In this document: one piece after another, positions 10,721-20,894 of the stretch
Position numbering within the stretch: the first letter of the stretch is position 1
Layout: every line of letters begins with the position of its first letter
Source of the DNA: Flavobacterium sp.
GTDB taxonomy: Bacteria; Bacteroidota; Bacteroidia; Flavobacteriales; Flavobacteriaceae
Direction of reading: 5' to 3'
Assembly: GCF_035195345.1 (NCBI RefSeq)
Contig: NZ_CP136574.1
Span: 2,653,598 to 2,717,597, forward strand
Length of the DNA: 64,000 bases
Made by a program: the position numbers and the translations under genes
Notes under the pieces: model-generated
Database searches by the model: none
What the model was told of the DNA's origin: nothing
What the model saw: the letters and a program-made list of their open reading frames with translations, nothing else

Positions 10721-11107
10721 CTAGTTTAGTTTTGTTACAGTACCACGTTGTTTTTTTGAATCACCAACAAATGAATATTCAAAAGTGTATGAATTAGTAG
10801 TAGTGGTCAAAATTTTCATTTGTACAGGTTTTTTTTCTTCTCTGTTTTTGGGATTATTGTTTTGTATAATGTATTCACAATCATTCGTCCATCGTACTTT
10901 AAAAGTATCTATTTTCCCTTTATAGCTTTCAATTTGAATAGAATCATTTCGTTCAAAAGTACTTGTGAATTTTTTACCTTCAATTTCCGTTTCCGAAATA
11001 AATTTTCCTGTTTTAAAATCTTTACAATTACGTTCCTGATTGTAACAAGAAATTAGTAACGTAAGTAGTAATAAACTACAAATAAAATATTGTATTTTGA
11101 ATTTCAT
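10721..11107 (-). CDS. Conserved hypothetical lipoprotein
   Basis: Lipobox LISC; CKDFKTGKF...KVRWTNDCEY pattern seen in Flavobacteriaceae small lipoproteins. Confidence 0.7.
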   Translation of the reverse strand: MKFKIQYFICSLLLLTLLISCYNQERNCKDFKTGKFISETEIEGKKFTSTFERNDSIQIESYKGKIDTFKVRWTNDCEYIIQNNNPKNREEKKPVQMKILTTTTNSYTFEYSFVGDSKKQRGTVTKLN

Positions 11108-11134
11108 ATTTGCTTTTTGAAATTGATATTTTTA

Positions 11135-11368
11135 TTACTTTTGTTTATCTCCATCAAACATGCTTTTTACCAAGGTCGTAATTCCTTTAAAAATTAAAAA
11201 CATAGCCGCTAATGCAATTATAATTCCTAATCCTAAAACATAAGGATATAAAGGGCTTTCTTGGTTTTTAAAAGAACTATTAATAATTATTGGACCAAGA
11301 AATAATAAAGGCAAAGCACTTGAAAGATATTTTACTCCTTTTGCTAATATGTTTTTATCTGTTGCCAT
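11135..11368 (-). CDS. DUF6095-like small membrane protein
   Basis: 77 aa with two hydrophobic helices; stop/start overlap with murQ. Confidence 0.6.
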   Translation of the reverse strand: MATDKNILAKGVKYLSSALPLLFLGPIIINSSFKNQESPLYPYVLGLGIIIALAAMFLIFKGITTLVKSMFDGDKQK

Positions 11369-12186
11369 TATATTTTATTCTTGAAAAAATTAACTGCGTT
11401 CCTCACACTTCTGTGGGTTTCTAGAAGTTTTCCTGCTTCTTCGTAATTAACTGGAATTTCATCCATAATCATTCGCGTACCTCTATCAATTAATTTGGTG
11501 TTGCTCAATTGCATATCCACCATTTTATTTCCTTTTACTTTACCCAACTGAATCATAGTTGCAGTAGAAATCATATTTAAAACCAACTTCTGAGCCGTTC
11601 CTGCTTTCATGCGACTGCTTCCAGTAACAAATTCAGGACCAACTACCACATCAATCGGAAATTTAGCTGTTTTTGATAACGGACTTTCTGCGTTACAACT
11701 AATACTTCCCGTACTGATGTTATTTTGATTACACATTTCTAAGCCGCCAATTACATAAGGAGTAGTTCCCGAAGCGGCAATTCCAACAACCACATCATTT
11801 TTATTGATATTCCATTGTTGTAAATCTTTCCAAGCTTGTTTTCTGTCGTCTTCGGCAAATTCTACTGCTTTTCTAATGGCAGTGTCGCCACCTGCAATAA
11901 TTCCAATTACCAAATCAAAAGGAACTCCAAAAGTAGGTGGACATTCTGAAGCATCTACAATTCCTAAACGTCCTGAAGTACCTGCGCCAATATAAAACAA
12001 ACGACCACCTTGTTTCATTTTCGAAACAATTTCAGTCACTAAAGTTTCAATTTGAGGTAATGCTTTTTCAACGGCTAACGGAACAGATTTGTCTTCGTTG
12101 TTGATATTCGTCAACAATTCAGTAACCGACATTTTTTCTAAATGTTCGTATTTGGAAGCTTGTTCAGTGGTTTTGGTAAAGTTCAT
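11368..12186 (-). CDS. murQ: N-acetylmuramic acid 6-phosphate etherase
   Basis: GAGTSGRLG, DASECPPTFG, GPEFVTGSSRMKAGTAQK and NKMVD motifs. Confidence 0.95.
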   Translation of the reverse strand: MNFTKTTEQASKYEHLEKMSVTELLTNINNEDKSVPLAVEKALPQIETLVTEIVSKMKQGGRLFYIGAGTSGRLGIVDASECPPTFGVPFDLVIGIIAGGDTAIRKAVEFAEDDRKQAWKDLQQWNINKNDVVVGIAASGTTPYVIGGLEMCNQNNISTGSISCNAESPLSKTAKFPIDVVVGPEFVTGSSRMKAGTAQKLVLNMISTATMIQLGKVKGNKMVDMQLSNTKLIDRGTRMIMDEIPVNYEEAGKLLETHRSVRNAVNFFKNKI

Positions 12187-12190
12187 GCGA

Positions 12191-12571
12191 TTATTTTAGA
12201 ACGTGATGTGCTAAAACATTTTGCACATCATACACATTAACAGATTTATTAAATTGTTTCACAACACTAGGATGTGCTTCACTGGAAACCCAAATTTTCA
12301 ATTCGGCCTCTAAGTCAAAAGTTCCAGCTGTCTCTATACTGAAACGTGAAATGCTTTTGTAAGTAATCGATTTGTATTCTATTTTACTGCCTGTAATTCC
12401 TTGTTTTTCAACTAAAATTAATCGTTTGTTGGTAAAAATAAAAGTATCGCGAATTAGTTTGAAACCTAACTCAATTTCTTCACCTGTAATTAAAAGTTTA
12501 CCATACTCTTTTACTAAAGTTTCCTGATTTACAGCACCTGCATTGCCAAGAAGCGCAGAAAATAATCCCAT
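12191..12571 (-). CDS. Bacterial PH-domain protein (YvbH-like)
   Basis: IRDTFIFTNKRLILVEKQGITG, FSIETAGTFDLEAELKIW. Confidence 0.85.
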   Translation of the reverse strand: MGLFSALLGNAGAVNQETLVKEYGKLLITGEEIELGFKLIRDTFIFTNKRLILVEKQGITGSKIEYKSITYKSISRFSIETAGTFDLEAELKIWVSSEAHPSVVKQFNKSVNVYDVQNVLAHHVLK

Positions 12572-12637
12572 ATCAATTGTTTTAAATATTGTTCAAATTT
12601 AACTAAAAACTACATACATTTTATGTAGCGATATCTT

Positions 12638-13372
12638 TTAATGCGAATGTCCCATTTCAATTATATATGCTAATACAAAACCAAATACAATCATGGTAAT
12701 TTTAGCCAAATTGAATTTATGTCCTTCGTTGCTTTCAAAAATGATAGTAGACGAAATATGAAATAAAATCCCAACTACCACTGCCGAAATTTCTTTTGAG
12801 TAATGTTGGGCAAAATGCATTTGTTCTGCTAATAAAGTTCCTAGTGGTGTCATTAATGCGAAGGAAAACATGAAAGCAAAAATCATCATTTTATTCATCT
12901 TCGCATTTACGAAAAACAAGGTTAAAATAATGGCAATAGGAAAGTGGTGAACCGCAATTCCGTAGGATAAATTGTTGTTTTCGTGAATTGGAAAACCTTC
13001 TAACAAGGCATGAATACACAAACTAATAAACAACAACCAAGGAATTTGATGCAATTCGTTATGTTCGTCGGTGTGTACGTGAACGTGACCGTGTTCTGCA
13101 CCTTTTGAGAAAAATTCCAATAAAATTTGGAACAATATTCCAATCATAATAAAAACGCCAACCGGTAAAGTAGCGTGTGCATCTTCTCCTTCGTGAACAT
13201 GATTGTTTCCTTCACTAAATAATTCAGGAAGTAAGTGTAAAACGGTTAGCGATAATAAAAAAGCACCACTGAACGCCAACAATAATTTGATGTTTTTTTT
13301 CTTTTGAGGTTTTAAAAATAATGCGATTAAAAAACCTAAAATAACAGCTGAAAAGGTGATGATATATTGCAT
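12638..13372 (-). CDS. ZIP family metal transporter
   Basis: LLHLLPE, His-rich loop HGHVHVHTDEH, HALLEG and HHFP metal-binding helices. Confidence 0.9.
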   Translation of the reverse strand: MQYIITFSAVILGFLIALFLKPQKKKNIKLLLAFSGAFLLSLTVLHLLPELFSEGNNHVHEGEDAHATLPVGVFIMIGILFQILLEFFSKGAEHGHVHVHTDEHNELHQIPWLLFISLCIHALLEGFPIHENNNLSYGIAVHHFPIAIILTLFFVNAKMNKMMIFAFMFSFALMTPLGTLLAEQMHFAQHYSKEISAVVVGILFHISSTIIFESNEGHKFNLAKITMIVFGFVLAYIIEMGHSH

Positions 13373-14136
13373 TATTTAAAAATCATAATTAAACGTTCCG
13401 ATTGAGTTTTAAAGAATTTTCGCAATTTATAATCGCCAAAAATATCCAAAAGATAAATGCCCGCTTCCTCCATCATTTTTTCGAAATCTTCTAAACGAAG
13501 TGCTTGCACTTTTTCGGTGAAATGAAACTTTTCACCTTTATCTTCAAAATCAATTTCTTTGTATATGTGTCCGTCTTTCAAATAACGTTTGATGTGAAAA
13601 TCAATTCCGTCTACCGATTTTATTTCATCGGCAACCAAATTTTCCAAAACATAATCCACATTCATAAAATCGATAACCGCAAATCCTGTTTCGGTTAAAC
13701 TGTTGTGAATGGCTTTAATGGTTTTGTAATTATCGGCATCGTCTTCAAAATAGCCAAAACTCGTAAACAAATTAAAAATAGCATCGTATTTTTCGTTACA
13801 CGTTTCACGCATATCGTGCACTTTAAAATGTAGTTTTTCATTCGTAAATTCAGACGCTTCTTTAATGCTGTTTTCAGATAAATCGGCACCCGTAACATCA
13901 AAACCTAACGAATTTAAATAAATCGCATGACGCCCTTTTCCACAAGCTAAGTCTAAGATTTTAGCGTCTTCTGGAAGGTTTAAATAGTGAGTTAAATTGT
14001 CCATTAACAATTGTGCTTCTTCGTCGTTGCGTTCCTTGTATAGAATGTGATAATATTCGGTATCAAACCAAGATTCGAACCAATTTAAAGGTTGTTCGTT
14101 GTTTATTATTGGTTGTTTATTATTGCTATCTGACAT
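13372..14136 (-). CDS. Class I SAM-dependent methyltransferase
   Basis: ILDLACGKGRH motif I; NLFTSFGYF. Confidence 0.9.
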   Translation of the reverse strand: MSDSNNKQPIINNEQPLNWFESWFDTEYYHILYKERNDEEAQLLMDNLTHYLNLPEDAKILDLACGKGRHAIYLNSLGFDVTGADLSENSIKEASEFTNEKLHFKVHDMRETCNEKYDAIFNLFTSFGYFEDDADNYKTIKAIHNSLTETGFAVIDFMNVDYVLENLVADEIKSVDGIDFHIKRYLKDGHIYKEIDFEDKGEKFHFTEKVQALRLEDFEKMMEEAGIYLLDIFGDYKLRKFFKTQSERLIMIFK

Positions 14137-14246
14137 TAATTCTGAATTCGTTTCTTTGAAGTAGCAAATTTAATGTATTTTTGCACAAGAATATCTTAAT
14201 TATTGCAATTGCAATTGATTTTTGCAATTGAACTTGAAATTGAAGA

Positions 14247-15410
14247 ATGGAAAATTATAAAATGACGGCCAAAACCTTCTTTGGTTTTGAAGAAATATTA
14301 GCTAAAGAACTACAAATTCTTGGTGCACAACAAGTGGAAATCGGTACACGTGTGGTGAGTTTTAAAGGTGATAAGGGATTTATGTATAAAGCCAATTTGG
14401 CACTTCGTACCGCTTTAAAAATCTTAAAACCTATTAAAACCTTTAAAGCACATAACGACAAAGCCTTGTATGAAGGAATCAGAGCTATTGATTGGTCGGA
14501 TTACTTGACTGAACATAATACGTTTTTAGTAGAAACTACATTGCATTCTGAAAACTTCAATCACAGTCAGTTTGTGGCTTTAAAAACAAAAGATGCGATT
14601 GTAGATCAATTTAGAGATTTGAACGGAAAGCGTCCAAGTATTGATAAAGATTTCCCAGATTTACAAATTCATGTGCATATAGATAGAGATAATGTGACGG
14701 TTTCTTTAGATTCTTCGGGAGCTTCGTTACACCATAGAGGTTATCGTACTGCTACAAATATTGCACCAATCAACGAAGTTTTAGCGGCTGGTATGTTGAT
14801 TTTAGCAGGTTGGGAAGGAAAAAGTCATTTCTTAGACCCAATGTGTGGTTCAGGAACTATTTTAGCCGAAGCAGCTATGATTGCTTGCAACGTTCCAGCG
14901 AATATTAATCGTAAGGAATTTGGTTTTGAGAAATGGAAAGATTGGGATGCCGAATTATTTGATAATATTTTAGAATCGTTATTAAAGAAAACACGCGAAT
15001 TTCATTATACGATTACAGGCTATGACAAAGCGCCAAGTGCGGTTGCTAAAGCAAAAGACAATGTTAGAAACGCCAATTTAGACGAATATATTACGATTAC
15101 CAACGAAAACTTCTTCGATTCTAAAAAAGAAACCGAAGGACCGTTGCACATGGTGTTCAATCCGCCTTATGGAGAGCGTTTGGATATTGATATGGAACGT
15201 TTTTACAGAGAAATTGGTGACACCTTAAAACAAAATTATCCCAATACTAATGCTTGGTTTATTACAGCCAATTTAGAAGCTTTGAAATTTGTAGGCTTGA
15301 AACCAAGTAGAAAAATTAAACTTTTCAATGGTAAATTAGAAGCCCGTTTGGTGAAATACGAAATGTACGAAGGCAGTAAGAAAGGAAAGTATATGAATAC
15401 TGACGAATAG
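14247..15410 (+). CDS. THUMP-domain RNA methyltransferase (RlmL-like)
   Basis: SLHHRGYR, APINEVLAAG, DPMCGSGT and NPPYGER motifs. Confidence 0.9.
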   Translation: MENYKMTAKTFFGFEEILAKELQILGAQQVEIGTRVVSFKGDKGFMYKANLALRTALKILKPIKTFKAHNDKALYEGIRAIDWSDYLTEHNTFLVETTLHSENFNHSQFVALKTKDAIVDQFRDLNGKRPSIDKDFPDLQIHVHIDRDNVTVSLDSSGASLHHRGYRTATNIAPINEVLAAGMLILAGWEGKSHFLDPMCGSGTILAEAAMIACNVPANINRKEFGFEKWKDWDAELFDNILESLLKKTREFHYTITGYDKAPSAVAKAKDNVRNANLDEYITITNENFFDSKKETEGPLHMVFNPPYGERLDIDMERFYREIGDTLKQNYPNTNAWFITANLEALKFVGLKPSRKIKLFNGKLEARLVKYEMYEGSKKGKYMNTDE

Positions 15411-15468
15411 ATTGTAGTAATTAGTAAAAAGGGATAGCCATCAATTTAACAATTAAACATTATAAACA

Positions 15469-15702
15469 ATGACAAAAAAAGTAAAATCATTCTTATATAA
15501 TTTCTTAGGATTCGTAGTGATTTATTTACCGACATTATATTTAGTTAGTGAATTCACGCACTTGAATGGAATATGGATACCAATGACTGCTTTTATGGTA
15601 GCTTTGCTTTTAGCACCAAAGTTTCAAGCGATAAAAACGCACAACGGAGAAAAAATCTTCATGAAGTGGCTTTTTATTAAAGGTGTAAAAGAAATTCAAT
15701 AA
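15469..15702 (+). CDS. Small hypothetical membrane protein
   Basis: 77 aa, two hydrophobic segments, followed by a hairpin at ~15705-15732. Confidence 0.65.
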   Translation: MTKKVKSFLYNFLGFVVIYLPTLYLVSEFTHLNGIWIPMTAFMVALLLAPKFQAIKTHNGEKIFMKWLFIKGVKEIQ

Positions 15703-15756
15703 CAAAATACCGAATGTGAGTTCGGGATTTTGTGTGTTATTAAGCTATAAAATGGG

Positions 15757-16176
15757 TTACTTTTGTTTTTTATGAAGTCTTGGATTGTTTAATATTAAAT
15801 AACCGATACAAATTGCTAGTATTAATATTGAAATCCCTAACTCTGTTTCAAAACCTATATGTTTTACATCCATAGTAATTACTTTTCTAGCTATGGCTGT
15901 TAATGCAATTAATAAAATTAGTTTGACTTTTCGTAAAATATTTTCATTGTTCCCTTTGAAAGTTTCCATAATTTCTAATGCAATGATGATATTAAAAAAT
16001 AATGGAACTCCAGTAAGTGCTATTGATTTATTTTCAATTGAAGCTTTGGTTACTTCTTCGTAAAATAACGTAACAAGATCAAAAACTTCATAGGCTACAA
16101 ATAAAAGTAATAAAAATGATAATATGTAGTAAATTGTCTTTTCAGTGGAATGAATTATTTTATCTAAAATGTTCAT
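15757..16176 (-). CDS. PsiE-family membrane protein
   Basis: IALEIMET and LIALTAIARKVI pattern, four TM segments. Confidence 0.75.
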   Translation of the reverse strand: MNILDKIIHSTEKTIYYILSFLLLLFVAYEVFDLVTLFYEEVTKASIENKSIALTGVPLFFNIIIALEIMETFKGNNENILRKVKLILLIALTAIARKVITMDVKHIGFETELGISILILAICIGYLILNNPRLHKKQK

Positions 16177-16182
16177 AGGCTT

Positions 16183-17322
16183 TTAGTTTTTAGTTGTTTT
16201 TTTCTTTTTTGATTGCAAGGGAGTTACATCTTTTATGACATTTTCTTTAAGTACATCATCATCAATGATTTGTTCTTTGATTGCTGAAAAATCTATTAAT
16301 TTAAGGTCAATTTTTCTAACTTGTCTATTCCACATGGTATGATAATAATAGACTTTTTCTTTTAAGTCACACGAAGATGTGATTTGAGTTGCGCTAACAA
16401 TATCTGATGGTGTTTTTTCTGAAGGCATTTGAGCACCAAGTGGAATATTGAAGTTGTCAAGTATTCTAAAAGATTCAAATACAGCATCAATTGAGGTACT
16501 TAATGGACGGCACGAAGCTGTAAAAGCAGCTGCTCTAACAAATCTTGATGGGGGAGTAAAATCACCAGGCAAACCTATTAATCCAGAACCTCCACCTAAC
16601 GGATTTAATTCGTAGTTACCAAATACTTTTTGTTGATTGGGTGAATTTGAAAGATTTAAATAATTTCGTTGATTAATAAGATGCCAATCATATGTTGGAG
16701 AATTAGTAATAACCCCTAAGTACGGATCGTATATTTTTACCTCACCTTTATTTACAATTTCAATTATTTTGCTACTTCCACTTGGATCAACTATTTTAAA
16801 ATGAAAAGGGAGTGCTGCGCCACCAAAATCTTTGTTTTCAACATTAACCACAATAACGTTGTTAAGTTGCGTAATTACTTCATCTACGGTTTTAAAAGAA
16901 GACAGCATCCATTGCATTAAATCTCCTACACTCATAGATTTAGAAGCTTTAGTTTTGTCATAAACTGCATATTCTGCGAAACCCGGTAAATAATAAACAC
17001 CTACGTATAAACCTTCTTCATTGACACCATCTGGGCCATAAGGTTGTCCATAAGCGGTAAGGGTTACAAAACCATATTTTCCCTTCCAACTTTTGCCATT
17101 TGTTCCTTCAGGAGTTTGTGCTTTGAATTCTTTATTTCTGGGAACTACTAATAGTTGATTGTGTTGTGCATCATTCAATGCCCATTCTACGGTTCTAGCT
17201 ACAACAACACCGCCATCTTTTGAGAGTAATGTAATACCAGTACAAGCATAAATAGGGGATGAAATTAACGAAACAACAATAATTGTTATTATACTATTTC
17301 TAATGAAGTAATTTATTTTCAT
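16183..17322 (-). CDS. Choloylglycine hydrolase / penicillin V acylase family Ntn-hydrolase, secreted
   Basis: Signal peptide ending IYA, then catalytic Cys (CTGITL); VVARTVEW, DGVNEEGL, ITNSPTY, LPGDFTPPSRFVRA. Confidence 0.9.
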   Translation of the reverse strand: MKINYFIRNSIITIIVVSLISSPIYACTGITLLSKDGGVVVARTVEWALNDAQHNQLLVVPRNKEFKAQTPEGTNGKSWKGKYGFVTLTAYGQPYGPDGVNEEGLYVGVYYLPGFAEYAVYDKTKASKSMSVGDLMQWMLSSFKTVDEVITQLNNVIVVNVENKDFGGAALPFHFKIVDPSGSSKIIEIVNKGEVKIYDPYLGVITNSPTYDWHLINQRNYLNLSNSPNQQKVFGNYELNPLGGGSGLIGLPGDFTPPSRFVRAAAFTASCRPLSTSIDAVFESFRILDNFNIPLGAQMPSEKTPSDIVSATQITSSCDLKEKVYYYHTMWNRQVRKIDLKLIDFSAIKEQIIDDDVLKENVIKDVTPLQSKKKKTTKN

Positions 17323-17496
17323 GTGATTTTTATTTTGTTGTTTGATTACAGGCTATTGTAATATTCAAATATAATATTTTTAATTTTCTATATTGCTATA
17401 TTTTTAACGATTTTATTGGGTTTTTATCGAGTTCTTGATTTGAAGTTGAAGTGGAGATTAGCTTATAAAGAATTGTTTAAACAACTTGATATAAAT

Positions 17497-17526
17497 AAAA
17501 ATTCCTCAAGTGATTGAGGAATTTTT
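17497..17526 (-). terminator. Intrinsic terminator after the DUF6048-like gene
   Basis: AAAAATTCCTCAA-gtga-TTGAGGAATTTTT perfect hairpin. Confidence 0.75.
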
Positions 17527-17528
17527 AT

Positions 17529-18248
17529 TTATTTTTTGGTTGGTTCTATTTCTTTTTTCTTTTTGTAAATAGGTATGAAATAACTTAGTGTGTAGTTAAA
17601 TCCAGCTCCAAATTTTCCATCGTATGTTCGATTATACCCTGGAATGAACAGATTGTCAAAATCTGCTGGTTTTTTGTTGGAAACTAAATAGTTCAATCGT
17701 ACAGAAAAACCTAAATATAAATTATTGAAAAGTTCGGCTTTAATACCACCAATTACTTCAACCCAACTGGCATTTAAATTATCAAATTTTGCTCCAGAAG
17801 TAATGATTGTTTCCCCATAATAATTCGTGGGATCATAAATTTTATACGTATTTAAAGTATGACTAAAGCTACTAACACCATAACGCATTCCAACGTATAT
17901 CATGTTTTCCATATCGAGCCAGTTTTCAAAAGAATTGTAGTCAAAACCTACTTTAAAATAGGTTCCTTTCGTGGTGAAATTCAGGCGGTCGTCGTCAATT
18001 GTTTTGTCTTCGTTTCCAATTTCACCGGCAACGTAAAACTTTTTAGTTAATCGGTAATCTCCAACCACTTCCAGCCCTCTGTAGTCTTTTTCATAAAAAG
18101 TTCTAGCAATTTTATGTAAATCAATACCTAAGCGTAAACCATAACGCTCTGGATATAAAACTTTTGTAGTGTCTTTGGTTTGAGCATTTCCTAATAACGA
18201 AACGCAGACCAAGCTCAGACTAAAAATAAATTTTAACATGTACTTCAT
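17529..18248 (-). CDS. DUF6048-like outer-membrane beta-barrel protein
   Basis: Signal peptide; alternating hydrophobic strands (YGLRLGIDL, GFNYTLSYFIP). Confidence 0.7.
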   Translation of the reverse strand: MKYMLKFIFSLSLVCVSLLGNAQTKDTTKVLYPERYGLRLGIDLHKIARTFYEKDYRGLEVVGDYRLTKKFYVAGEIGNEDKTIDDDRLNFTTKGTYFKVGFDYNSFENWLDMENMIYVGMRYGVSSFSHTLNTYKIYDPTNYYGETIITSGAKFDNLNASWVEVIGGIKAELFNNLYLGFSVRLNYLVSNKKPADFDNLFIPGYNRTYDGKFGAGFNYTLSYFIPIYKKKKEIEPTKK

Positions 18249-18750
18249 TTTCGGTTTCTATATTAGATTGTATGATGTCAATATCTTGAATCCAATATCC
18301 TGAGACAGGAAATGGAGTAGGAGTAATATCAATTAAATTAAAAATTGTTTTATATCCACAGGCACGAGAAATATAAACATCATCTTTTGTGTAATTAAAA
18401 GTAATGACATCTATATTAGCTGCAGCATCACCATAATTAAAGATGAATTCAAATGCTGAAGTTTCTGAAAATGTTTTTAATGGAATAGCAATTTTATTCC
18501 CGTTTGCTAAATACCTTGCAGGAACAGTTTCATCCATGTCTTCATTAAAAACTACTCCGTTATCTGTATTCAATTCCTCTACTCTAAGATTGGTAACATT
18601 CTTCAAAACAGTAGGATTAGCCGCATCATAAAACTCAATAATTAATCGAGGTGTTACAGGCGTTCCATCCACGCAGATATCATCTTTTTCACAATTCCAA
18701 AATGAAACGGCTAAAAGTAAGGATAGGGTTATAAAAGCTATTTTTTTCAT
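18220..18750 (-). CDS. DUF6452-like lipoprotein
   Basis: FWN-CEKDDIC lipobox with acidic export signal; YISRACGYKT. Confidence 0.75.
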   Translation of the reverse strand: MKKIAFITLSLLLAVSFWNCEKDDICVDGTPVTPRLIIEFYDAANPTVLKNVTNLRVEELNTDNGVVFNEDMDETVPARYLANGNKIAIPLKTFSETSAFEFIFNYGDAAANIDVITFNYTKDDVYISRACGYKTIFNLIDITPTPFPVSGYWIQDIDIIQSNIETENEVHVKIYF

Positions 18751-18751
18751 A

Positions 18752-20164
18752 TTATCTTTTTTCTAAAAGAACCACATTTTCCACATGATGTGTTTGCGGA
18801 AACATATCCACAGGACGTACACGAACTACTTTGTATTTTTCGTCCATCAAAGCCAAATCACGAGCTTGTGTTGCCGAATTACAACTTACATACACAATTT
18901 TTGGCACATCTGTTTTCAATAACATTTCTACCACATCTTTATGCATTCCATCTCTCGGTGGATCGGTTATGATAACATCTGGTTGTCCGTGTTGGTTAAT
19001 GAATTCATCGTTGAAAACGTTTTTCATATCACCAACATAAAACTCACAATTAGTAATGTTATTGCGTTCGGCATTCGCTTTTGCATCAATAATTGCTTCA
19101 GGAACGGCTTCAACACCAATAACTTTCTTCGCTTTTTTAGAAACGAATTGAGCAATTGTTCCGGTTCCTGTATATAAATCGTAAACCGTTTCATTTCCTG
19201 TTAAACCTGCAAATTCTCTAGTGATTTTATACAATTCATATGCTTGGTTAGAATTGGTTTGATAGAATGATTTCGCATTAATACTAAAATGTAAACCTTC
19301 CATTTCTTCCAAAATATAATCGCGCCCTTTGAATAAAATAATGTCTTGGTCATACAATGTATCATTCAATTTTTGATTGATAACATATTGTAAAGAAGTG
19401 ATTTGAGGAAAACGTTCCGCCAAGAAATTCATCATCAATTCGATTCCGTTTTTATCGTTTTCATAAAACTGAATCAGCACCATGATTTCACCAGTTGAAG
19501 CAGTACGAATCATCAAAGTTCTTAATAAACCTTCCACAGCTCTTGCATTGAAGAACGTAAGATTGTTTTCGTTTGCAAAACGTTTGATTTCGTTACGAAT
19601 TTCGTTCGATGGATCTTCTTGTAAATGACATTTTTCAATATCTAAAATCTTATCCCACATTCTTGGAATATGAAAACCTAAGGCATTTTTATTGTCAAAT
19701 TCAGTTCCCGATTGAATTTCCGCATCGGTCATCCATCGCGCATTCGAGAAACCAAATTCCATTTTATTTCTGTAGAATAATTGCTTTTCGGAACCTAAAA
19801 TTGGCTCAAGATCAGGTAATTCAATCTTACCTATACGTTTCAAGTTATTAAATACTTCCTGATTTTTATAGAACAATTGTTGGCTGTACTTCATATTTTG
19901 CCATTTGCAACCACCACAAGCACCGAAATGCTCACAAACTGGTTCAATTCTATGTTCTGAAAATTCGTGAATTTTTATAGCTTTGCCTTCGTAATACGCT
20001 TTTCTTTTCTTCATGGTTTGTACATCTACCACATCGCCTGGTACTACATTTGGAAGAAATATTACTTTGCCATCAGGCGCTTTTGCCACTGATACACCTT
20101 TTGCACCTGCATCAAGGATTTTTACGTTTTCGAATACGATTTTGTCTGTTTTCTTTTTTCCCAT
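18752..20164 (-). CDS. rlmD: 23S rRNA m5U1939 methyltransferase
   Basis: TRAM domain, CEHFGACGGC Fe-S motif, FYQTN, DLYTGTGTI, DPPRDG, YVSCN and DMFPQTHHVE. Confidence 0.95.
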   Translation of the reverse strand: MGKKKTDKIVFENVKILDAGAKGVSVAKAPDGKVIFLPNVVPGDVVDVQTMKKRKAYYEGKAIKIHEFSEHRIEPVCEHFGACGGCKWQNMKYSQQLFYKNQEVFNNLKRIGKIELPDLEPILGSEKQLFYRNKMEFGFSNARWMTDAEIQSGTEFDNKNALGFHIPRMWDKILDIEKCHLQEDPSNEIRNEIKRFANENNLTFFNARAVEGLLRTLMIRTASTGEIMVLIQFYENDKNGIELMMNFLAERFPQITSLQYVINQKLNDTLYDQDIILFKGRDYILEEMEGLHFSINAKSFYQTNSNQAYELYKITREFAGLTGNETVYDLYTGTGTIAQFVSKKAKKVIGVEAVPEAIIDAKANAERNNITNCEFYVGDMKNVFNDEFINQHGQPDVIITDPPRDGMHKDVVEMLLKTDVPKIVYVSCNSATQARDLALMDEKYKVVRVRPVDMFPQTHHVENVVLLEKR

Positions 20165-20231
20165 GACGCAAAAATAAGAATTGTTGGGTGGATTTGATAA
20201 TATATTTTACTTTTATGCCAAATTTTAAAAA

Positions 20232-20771
20232 ATGAAAACCCACTTAGCTTTATTACGCGGAATTAATGTTTCAGGACACAACATGATTAAAATGGATTCT
20301 TTGAAAACTGTTTTAGAAAACGCGGGATTTCAAAATGTACGAACTTACATTCAATCGGGAAATGTTTTTGTGGATTCAGAAGAAGAACATGGCGCTAGTG
20401 TAGGGTTTAAAATTAAACAAGAAATTTTTAAAGAATTAGGTTTAGAAGTTCCTATAGTGGTTGTCTCTAAAGAAGATTTAAGTGCGTGTTTAAAAAATAG
20501 TCCATATCTCCACGAAAAAGAATGCGATACCAAAAAATTGTATGTGGCTTTTTTGTCCAAAGAATTACAAGGAAGCGCCATTAATGATTTAAAAATAAGT
20601 CAATTCAAACCTGATGAAGCCGCTATCGATAAAAGTAGAATTTACATCAAATACGCGGTTGGAGCAGGAAAAACAAGATTAGACCAAAAATATATCGAAA
20701 AAAAACTCAATCTTGTGGCCACCATTAGAAATTGGAATACGGTTTCGACGTTGTTGGAAATGTTTGAATAG
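20232..20771 (+). CDS. DUF1697 family protein
   Basis: LALLRGINVSG, TYIQSGNV, ATIRNWNT. Confidence 0.9.
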   Translation: MKTHLALLRGINVSGHNMIKMDSLKTVLENAGFQNVRTYIQSGNVFVDSEEEHGASVGFKIKQEIFKELGLEVPIVVVSKEDLSACLKNSPYLHEKECDTKKLYVAFLSKELQGSAINDLKISQFKPDEAAIDKSRIYIKYAVGAGKTRLDQKYIEKKLNLVATIRNWNTVSTLLEMFE

Positions 20772-20894
20772 TTGATGGATGATTGGTGATGGGTGATTTT
20801 TTCCATCTTCTAACAAAATTTACTACTTTTGTAATCGGTTGATTTCTCACCATAAAGAAGGAATTGCGATGTAACAATCAATAAAAAACATTTT

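Noticed and set aside
10721-11107. Topoisomerase IV function for the small lipoprotein
   Set aside because: This family is sometimes labelled that way as I recall, but it has a lipobox and no topoisomerase motifs.
20832-20894. Possible riboswitch-like leader upstream of rocD
   Set aside because: Only a weak ~6-bp stem is visible after the TACTTTTG box, and no known aptamer motif; unsupported without alignments.
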